Shown here: one piece after another, positions 9,527 to 14,880 of the stretch
How positions within the stretch are numbered: position 1 is the stretch's first letter
How the letters are laid out: each line of letters begins with the position of its first letter
Assembly: GCA_041742355.1 (NCBI GenBank)
Contig: JBGSIV010000173.1
Location: 1-14,880, forward strand
Source of the DNA: Candidatus Zixiibacteriota bacterium
GTDB lineage: Bacteria > Zixibacteria > MSB-5A5 > GN15 > FEB-12
Direction of reading: 5' to 3'
DNA length: 14,880 nucleotides
Position numbers and translations under genes: made by a program
The notes under the pieces: generated by a model
Seen by the model: only the letters and a program-made list of their open reading frames with translations
Told to the model about the DNA's origin: nothing
Databases searched by the model: none

Positions 9527-9617
9527 GAGGGGTTCACGGCATAGGTCGGGATCACGGCGTAGGCCGGGTTCACGGCGTAGGTCGGGTTCCGAGGCGCTCC
9601 GCGCCGAGAAACCCGAC
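9523..9617 (+). repeat. Tandem 18-bp repeat (3 units, consensus GTAGGTCGGGTTCACGGC) ending in a complete GTAG-hairpin REP (family E)
   Basis: Units start at 9523, 9541 and 9559. At 9577 follows GTAG-GTCGGGTT..GGCGC-TCC-GCGCC..AACCCGAC (to 9617). Confidence 0.8.
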
Positions 9618-9642
9618 TGCAAGACCACGAATCAGGAGACCG

Positions 9643-9825
9643 CAGACGTAGGTCAGGCTCCTTGGAGCCTGACAAGGCAAAGCAATCGTAGGGCACGACC
9701 CTTTAGCGGTCGTGCCTCTTTTCATGTATGGGGTCGCCCACAGCTTGCTGTGGGATCCGTTAGACCCTGGCCGCAGGTCGTGCCTCTTTTCTTGTAGGGC
9801 AGGAGCCCCTCGGCTCCTGCCATTA
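9643..9825 (+). repeat. Mosaic REP cluster copy 1 (GTAG-hairpin families C-B-A-D)
   Basis: GTAG-GTCAGGCTCC-TT-GGAGCCTGAC (9648-9673); GTAG-GGCACGACC-N7-GGTCGTGCC (9688-9716); GTCG-CCCACAGC-TT-GCTGTGGG (9733-9754); GTAG-GGCAGGAGCC-N4-GGCTCCTGCC (9794-9821). Confidence 0.88.
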
Positions 9826-9934
9826 TCTCTGCACGCACGTTTGATTCAACGTCCGGACCGTACAGGTCCTGACATTGACTCAACGCAGACGTTCGGACAC
9901 TGTCTCTCTTGCGAAATCCAGTCCTGTCGGTCCG

Positions 9935-9955
9935 GGCTCCGTTCGGAGCCTTTTT
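9935..9955 (+). terminator. Rho-independent terminator-like hairpin
   Basis: GGCTCC-GTTC-GGAGCC followed by TTTTT. Confidence 0.6.
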
Positions 9956-10048
9956 CCCGCATTGATGATTGACAACCTCCCCGCACAGATTGAATCTTCT
10001 CCTTATGCGAAGACCAACCACTAATCATTTGTCCAACGGGGAGAGACC

Positions 10049-10963
10049 ATGAAAACAGCAAAGGGATTCATAACCGCCGCCGCTCTTGTCGCACTATTCT
10101 CGCTGCTTGTGTCGTGCCAGAAAGAGGCCGATGACTCAGCCGACGCCACGAAGGACACCATGCAGAACGCCTCGGTCATGATCGATTCGGCCATCTCCAC
10201 CGACAGCGTCCCGATCTACTACGAGGTGCACGGCTCCGGGGAACCGGCGCTCGTATTCGCCCACGGCTGGGGCATCAACGGCGGCTTCTTCAACCACCAG
10301 ATCGAAGCGTTCGACGACTCGTTTACCGTGATCGTGATGGACCTGGCCGGGCACGGCCGGTCGGGGCACAACCGCACCGGCTGGGGGACATCGAAATACG
10401 CCGCCGACATCAACGCCGTGCTCGACGCCGCGCAGGTGAATCAGGCGGTGCTCTTCGGGCACAGCATGTCGGGCGTGTTCGTGGCGGCCGCCGCCGCGGC
10501 AAAGCCGGAACGGATACTCGGCGTGGTCGGGATTGACACCTACCAGAGTTTCCGGGAGAGCTACCCCCGCGCCCAGGTTGATTCGTTCCTTGCGCCGTTC
10601 CGCGTTGATTTCGATTCCGCCGTGGCTGAATTTGCCTGGATGATGCTTCCGAAAACAACTGATACCGCCGTGGCGAACCGCATTATCGCCGAGTTCCGCC
10701 GGGGGGATCAGGAGCCGCTAATCGAAACACTCGACAGCCTGCTGTCGACCGATGCCTCGTCGATATTTGCGTCGCTGCAAGTCCCGGCGCGCGCGATTAA
10801 TGCCGATACGTACCCGACCCAGGTGGACAGCAACCGCACCCTGGTGCCGTCGTTCGACGTGAAAATCATGCAGGGCGTGGGGCATTTCCCGTTTATCGAA
10901 CGGCCGGAGGAGTTCAACCGGCTGGTGCGCGAAACGGTGGCGGAGCTGCAAGCAGGGAAGTAG
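10049..10963 (+). CDS. Alpha/beta-fold hydrolase lipoprotein
   Basis: Lipobox LVS-C; HGWG oxyanion motif; DLAGHGRS; GHSMSG nucleophile elbow; GVGHFP catalytic His; GGGAGAG RBS. Confidence 0.9.
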   Translation: MKTAKGFITAAALVALFSLLVSCQKEADDSADATKDTMQNASVMIDSAISTDSVPIYYEVHGSGEPALVFAHGWGINGGFFNHQIEAFDDSFTVIVMDLAGHGRSGHNRTGWGTSKYAADINAVLDAAQVNQAVLFGHSMSGVFVAAAAAAKPERILGVVGIDTYQSFRESYPRAQVDSFLAPFRVDFDSAVAEFAWMMLPKTTDTAVANRIIAEFRRGDQEPLIETLDSLLSTDASSIFASLQVPARAINADTYPTQVDSNRTLVPSFDVKIMQGVGHFPFIERPEEFNRLVRETVAELQAGK

Positions 10964-10974
10964 CTCGGCTAGGT

Positions 10975-11193
10975 ATAGGGCACGACCCTTCAGATCAGAC
11001 GTAGTTCAGGCTCCTTGGAGCCTGACAAGGCTAACCACACGTAGGGCACGACCCTTCAGCGGTCGTGCCTTGTCTTCTGATGGGACCTGCGAATACGAGT
11101 ACCCCACAGCTTGCTGTGGGATCCGTAAGACTCTGGCCGCAAGTCGTGCCTTGTCTGTTTGTAGGGCAGGAGTCCCTCAGACTCCTGCCATTA
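10975..11193 (+). repeat. Mosaic REP cluster copy 2 (truncated B, then C-B-A-D)
   Basis: Half B at 10975-10993; C at 11001-11026; B at 11041-11069; A at 11099-11120; D at 11161-11189. Same order and similar spacers as 9643-9825. Confidence 0.88.
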
Positions 11194-11236
11194 ACCTAAT
11201 CAATCGGCACGAGTACCCCACAGCTGCTATGTACGT

Positions 11237-11242
11237 TGTCAA
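11237..11242 (-). promoter_or_regulatory. -35 box (TTGACA) of the IS circle-junction promoter; the -10 box TATGCT is at 12599-12604 (minus)
   Basis: Joining the two IS ends through one core gives TTGACA-acgtacatagc-AG-taac-TATGCT, a 17-nt spacer. Confidence 0.85.
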
Positions 11243-11259
11243 GGTCATGTTCGAGGTCG

Positions 11260-11449
11260 TGGCGTGAATTCTAACCAGTCTGCTATTCGCGGCCTCGACC
11301 GTAGTCGAGCCGCAGGTAAGGTTTCCGATTGTTTTCACGTCCGGGGCGGCATACTTGCTGACGTGGCCGGGATCTCACCCGCCACAGCTGTGGGTACGCC
11401 GCACCCGGGAGGATCTATGATCCAGAATTCTTTGCCATTACCGATCGTC
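11260..11449 (-). ncRNA. Predicted bridge RNA / seekRNA of the IS110 element
   Basis: Two stem/internal-loop/stem modules: a target-binding loop at 11341-11408 with guides CCCACAGCU and CAGCAAG, and a donor-binding loop at 11263-11339 with guide AUAGCAG and a cUACGg tetraloop. G-U pairs are compatible with the minus strand. Exact RNA ends are unknown. Confidence 0.82.
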
Positions 11450-12508
11450 CTACGCCGCCGCCTTCAGCACGTACGGGCGCCCGTCCAAGACCACCCGCCG
11501 GCACCGCAACAGCAGCCGCCGGGCGACCGCCACGATGGCCCGCTTGCTCCCCGAACGAGGCAGCACCCGCCGGTACACCGCCCCCAACTCCGCATCGCGT
11601 CGCACCGCCACCCACGATGCTTCCACCAACAGCCCGCGCAGGTAGCCCTTGCCCACCCGGCTGATCCGGCCCAGCCGCACGTGCTCGCCGCTGGAGTACT
11701 GCGACGGCGTCATTCCCACGTAGGCCGCCAGATCATCGCCGTGGCTGAACCGGCTCATATCGCCCAACTCCAACAGCAGCGCCATGGCCGTCACCAGGCC
11801 AATCCCCGGCAGACTCGTCACCCACTGGAACGCGTCCCGGTAGCGCTCGTGCTGCGACAACACCCGCAGCAGGCGGGTCTGGGCCGCCACCTGCTCGCGC
11901 ACGAAGACATACTCTTCCAAAAGCCGGTGAAAGCTCGCCTGGGCAAACTCATCCCCCACCGGCAGCTGCCACAACCCGTCCAGCCACCGTTTCGACCAGC
12001 GCCCGGTGCAGCCGCTGATATCGATGCCGTAGAACATCAGCTCCGCTTTGATCCGACTCTGCAAACGCACCCGATCCCCCAGCAGCTGGCAGCGCCGCCG
12101 CAGCACCTGGCGGTGTCCCCGCAGCTCGGGGTCCGGCACCCAGTTCGCCCGCAAAAGCCCTCGCGACAGCAGCAGAGCCAGCTTCCGGCTGTCCCGCTTG
12201 TCGGTCTTGACCCGATTGCCGTACTCCATCGGGACCAGGCTCGGCGGCGTCACCACCGCCTGCGCGCCCCAGCGAACAAGCGCGTCATGCAAAGTGTACC
12301 CGAAGTATCCCGCCTCGTACACCACCGTCGTCTGCGCCGGACGGTAGGCCCCCAAAAGCCCAAACAACGCGACGCTGCCGGCCGGGATGCTGCCGGTGAA
12401 CAGCTCCACCTCCTCGGTGCGAATCGTCACGTGCCACTGCTTCAGATGCACATCCACACCCACAAAAATCGCCTTGTCCTGAATCGCTTCTGCGTCGTAC
12501 CTTCTCAT
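11450..12508 (-). CDS. IS110-family DEDD transposase/recombinase (352 aa)
   Basis: AGGAGG RBS before ATG 12508. RuvC-like DEDD residues in VGVDVH, VVYEAG and KTDKRDS; SLPGIG; YVGMTPSQYSSG (catalytic Ser loop); GRISRVGKGYLR; AIVAVARRL. Confidence 0.95.
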   Translation of the reverse strand: MRRYDAEAIQDKAIFVGVDVHLKQWHVTIRTEEVELFTGSIPAGSVALFGLLGAYRPAQTTVVYEAGYFGYTLHDALVRWGAQAVVTPPSLVPMEYGNRVKTDKRDSRKLALLLSRGLLRANWVPDPELRGHRQVLRRRCQLLGDRVRLQSRIKAELMFYGIDISGCTGRWSKRWLDGLWQLPVGDEFAQASFHRLLEEYVFVREQVAAQTRLLRVLSQHERYRDAFQWVTSLPGIGLVTAMALLLELGDMSRFSHGDDLAAYVGMTPSQYSSGEHVRLGRISRVGKGYLRGLLVEASWVAVRRDAELGAVYRRVLPRSGSKRAIVAVARRLLLRCRRVVLDGRPYVLKAAA

Positions 12509-12655
12509 CTGAGCCTCCTGGTCGCTGAGGGTCTTGTCGTTACGGTTGTGATTCACGACAAGATACCCGTGGCGAACAGAGGCTCAACTAATACCCGTAG
12601 CATAGTTACTTGCTGTGGGACAGCCGAGGTCATAGCCAGTCACATGAGTAAGAGA

Positions 12656-12677
12656 GTAGCCCACAGCTTGCTGTGGG
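12656..12677 (+). repeat. REP family A (GTAG-CCCACAGC-TT-GCTGTGGG), downstream of RAYT
   Basis: Perfect 8-bp hairpin with a 5' GTAG tetranucleotide. Confidence 0.9.
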
Positions 12678-12719
12678 ATTGCCGAGATACCACAGGATTC
12701 GCCGCGAGTACAGCTGAAT

Positions 12720-13229
12720 CTACAGCGAGGGCGGCCTCCAATCGTCAAGTTCGATCGGAACCGGGCGAACACCATGGTACCAATTGTAGCTCGACCAGCA
12801 CCACTCCCCTGGCTCTGCCACTAAACCGCGCCGCACCGGATTGCTGTGGCAGTAGTGCACTTTGGTTCGAACGACCTCAAGTGAACGGCAATTGTGATCG
12901 AAACACCGTCGATTCCAAAAGACGTGTTTGGCACAGACTTCTGTGAACGGAGGACAGGACTTGAAGTAGGCGATTGCAGAGCGAGACTTGATTTCTCCGA
13001 CGATCAGACCAAGCCGCTGACCTTGGCACGGAATGAGAACAAGATGGACGTGCTCTGGCATGACGACATACCCGATGAGCTTGAAGCCATGTTTCTTCCG
13101 CACCAGCGCCAGCGTTTCAAGGAAGATTTCAATTACAACCGGGTCGGAGAGGAACGGCAAGTACCGGTAGCAGCAGAAGGTTACGAAACGAGCCGTATCA
13201 CAATCGTCGTAATGGCGGAGCCGGGTCAT
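12720..13229 (-). CDS. REP-associated tyrosine transposase (RAYT/TnpA-REP, Y1 HUH family)
   Basis: ARFVTFC, VVMPEHVHL (HUH), FWNRRCFDH, YCHSNPVRRGL (catalytic Tyr + NPV), WCWSS. Flanked by inverted REPs and not accompanied by tnpB. ATG at 13229 is preferred, because the longer ORF-track start lies inside a REP. Confidence 0.9.
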   Translation of the reverse strand: MTRLRHYDDCDTARFVTFCCYRYLPFLSDPVVIEIFLETLALVRKKHGFKLIGYVVMPEHVHLVLIPCQGQRLGLIVGEIKSRSAIAYFKSCPPFTEVCAKHVFWNRRCFDHNCRSLEVVRTKVHYCHSNPVRRGLVAEPGEWCWSSYNWYHGVRPVPIELDDWRPPSL

Positions 13230-13252
13230 TGTCAATACTCGTACTAAGGGAT

Positions 13253-13274
13253 CCCACAGCAAGCTGTGGGGTAC
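13253..13274 (-). repeat. REP family A, inverted copy upstream of RAYT
   Basis: Minus strand GTAC-CCCACAGC-TT-GCTGTGGG. Confidence 0.9.
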
Positions 13275-13379
13275 TCAGTGACACTCTGATGACTCGAAGA
13301 TCCGCCAGTTCCAATGGACTGGCAATCACATTTCTTGAAGGGCGGGTAGGTTGGTAGTGGCTGGTCGGATCCATGGGAA

Positions 13380-13401
13380 CCCACAGCAAGCTGTGGGCTA
13401 C
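13380..13401 (-). repeat. REP family A, second inverted copy upstream of RAYT
   Basis: Minus strand GTAG-CCCACAGC-TT-GCTGTGGG. Confidence 0.9.
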
Positions 13402-13430
13402 TCCTACGTCGAAACCCCCTGTGGAATTGC

Positions 13431-14681
13431 TCACGACTCTTTCGACAACCCCTTCCTCCTCTCCAGCCTCTCCCTCCTCCGCACCAACGCCTTTCGGCGG
13501 GCAGCGGTCAGCCCCGGCCACCTCTCGGCACAGCGCGTGTGCTCCAGCGCCGCAGGGTAATCACGGAGCTTGTGCTCGCAGTAGACGGCCAATTCGAGCC
13601 GGGCCAGGAAACCCTCGCGAGAATCGAACTGCGTCAGGTGCTGCCAGAGCCTGACCGCCTGCTCGTACTCCCCCGTCCGCTTGAACGCCATCGCGTGGAA
13701 GAGGAGGATGTCGGGCGGGAGTGACTCGCCGGGGAGCAGGTGGTCGGAGCCGATGTCAACCACCCGCCGGTTGAGGTCAATCACGTTCGGCAGATCGCGA
13801 CGCCTCCCAAACACGCGCGACAGCGAGTGTAAATCGTCGATGGCGTCAAGCCTCTCCCCTTTCGATTCGAACACCTCCGCCAATATTGTCGCAAGGAAAT
13901 ACAGCGAGACGACATCGTGCCGGTTGTGCTCGAGAACCTTCTCCATGTCATCGAGCTTCTGCCCGGTCAGCCAGTCGAAGAAGACCGACGGCACGAGGAA
14001 ACCGGGGATATCATCGACACGATGGAAACCGAACACCTCGCGTTCGATATTGCCGAGACTGCAATCGCCCAGGCGCCGTCGGAAGAGGCGACGGACACCG
14101 TGAAGCAGATCGATATGGCGGGCGTGGGGGATTTCGCGGCCGACACGGTTGACGATGAAGCGGTCGCGCAGAATCGGCAAATCGAACGCGGCGCCGTTGT
14201 AGGAGGCGAGGACAGTCCGGTCAGTGAATTCCTCGGACACCGCTTCGAGCATCGCGGTCTCGTCTTCGTAGTCGGGCAGAAGATACTGGCGGACCTCGAA
14301 GCCGTATTCTGTCAGAGAGCCGGTTCCGATGAGAAAAGCGGCCGCGCCCGTACCGCCGAGGCCGATCGTTTCGAGGTCGAAGAAGACGACCTTGTCCAGC
14401 GAAACGAGTTCGGGATCATCGCCGGAGGTGTAGGCCAGCGCGGGCAGATGGGTGCGATCGAGCAGGTCGGCCAGGGCGATATCGCCGTGGCGGTAGGTGT
14501 CGGTGCAATGGTAGCGACTGAAGCAGTAGTTGCCGGATCGTCCGCAGACCAGTTCCATTCCGAGCCGCTCCGACAGGAGGCGGTAGCGATCCGGGACGTC
14601 TGCTGGCGGTTTCGCCGCCGGCTTGGTCACGACCAGGTTGCGGACGAGGTCGAGTTTACTGTGAAGGCTCCTTTTGGCCAT
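13431..14681 (-). CDS. YprB/MrfB-like RNase H-fold (DEDD) exonuclease with C-terminal TPR-like helices
   Basis: FFDLETIGLGG, SYNGAAFDLP, HIDLLH, SLGNIEREVFG..RVDDIPG, HNRHDV, and a TPR-like C-terminus (LELAVYCEHKLRDY..AL). Confidence 0.85.
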   Translation of the reverse strand: MAKRSLHSKLDLVRNLVVTKPAAKPPADVPDRYRLLSERLGMELVCGRSGNYCFSRYHCTDTYRHGDIALADLLDRTHLPALAYTSGDDPELVSLDKVVFFDLETIGLGGTGAAAFLIGTGSLTEYGFEVRQYLLPDYEDETAMLEAVSEEFTDRTVLASYNGAAFDLPILRDRFIVNRVGREIPHARHIDLLHGVRRLFRRRLGDCSLGNIEREVFGFHRVDDIPGFLVPSVFFDWLTGQKLDDMEKVLEHNRHDVVSLYFLATILAEVFESKGERLDAIDDLHSLSRVFGRRRDLPNVIDLNRRVVDIGSDHLLPGESLPPDILLFHAMAFKRTGEYEQAVRLWQHLTQFDSREGFLARLELAVYCEHKLRDYPAALEHTRCAERWPGLTAARRKALVRRRERLERRKGLSKES

Positions 14682-14880
14682 GTTGTGCTGTATAGAGAGC
14701 GGACGCCACTTTCAGGCTGTCGAGACGGTCGGTTTGTGCGGCGAGAACGCGAGCGTGGTAGCCGCACAGGTTATTCGGGTCGCCGGTAACGAGCGCGACA
14801 GCGGCCGCGACCCGGCGTTTCGGATCGGCCGCACCGGTTGCCTGCAGGACAAGCGCCTCGAAAGCGCGGTCGGTGGCCAG
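14656..14880 (-). CDS. 3' end of a hypothetical protein running off the window, overlapping the start of the exonuclease gene
   Basis: Open frame from the window edge (LATDRAFEALVLQATG...NNLCGYHARVL...KEPSQ*) with GC-rich third positions. The stop at 14656-14658 overlaps the downstream ATG region, as in an operon. Confidence 0.5.
   Translation of the reverse strand: MATDRAFEALVLQATGAADPKRRVAAAVALVTGDPNNLCGYHARVLAAQTDRLDSLKVASALYTAQHGQKEPSQ

Larger units (their letters stand above)
11226..12608 (-). mobile_element. Complete IS110-family insertion sequence (IS1111-like: sub-terminal inverted repeats, long non-coding end downstream of the transposase) inserted in a REP
   Basis: Left flank GAGTACCCCACAG-CT (to 11225) and right flank CT-TGCTGTGGGA (from 12609) rejoin into a copy of the intact REP at 11097-11121. 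Sub-terminal IR is CTATG-TACG (11227-11235) versus CTATGCTACG (minus strand, 12605-12596). Confidence 0.93.

Noticed and set aside
9969..9998. TTGACA upstream of the hydrolase as a promoter
   Set aside because: The -35 box is perfect, but there is no convincing -10 box at 16-18 nt, so it was not called.
9523..11225. Possible CRISPR array (repeated palindromes with spacers)
   Set aside because: The repeats belong to several families, spacing is irregular, spacers are shared between copies, and there are no cas genes. GTAG-hairpins next to a RAYT fit REPs.
11264..12946. 560-aa + strand ORF
   Set aside because: It is the antisense shadow of the IS110 transposase. It crosses the IS boundary and REPs and has no recognisable motifs.
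12720..13262. IS200/IS605 insertion sequence
   Set aside because: The protein has RAYT-type motifs (W..R.FDH, NPV..GL, W.WSS), no tnpB, and multiple REP flanks instead of unique LE/RE hairpins.

Overview
GC-rich bacterial window. The left two thirds holds ordinary genes: a metallophosphoesterase, a histone-like/SWIB protein, a secreted prolyl oligopeptidase, a small acidic Zn-ribbon protein, a membrane spermidine-synthase-like/SAM-binding protein, a cystathionine beta-synthase plus gamma-lyase pair, and a lipoprotein alpha/beta hydrolase. A YprB/MrfB-like exonuclease lies at the right end. The most interesting part is 9.5-13.4 kb. A REP-associated tyrosine transposase (RAYT) is flanked by inverted GTAG-type REP hairpins, and mosaic arrays of about five different GTAG-hairpin families flank the hydrolase as a direct repeat. 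A complete IS110-family (IS1111-like) element is inserted exactly into one REP at a duplicated CT core. Its downstream non-coding end folds into a two-loop bridge/seek RNA whose guides can be read directly against the REP target (CCCACAG-CT-TGCTG) and partly against the element's own circle junction. That junction also reconstitutes a TTGACA-N17-TATGCT promoter. All calls were made by eye from motifs; no database searches were run.
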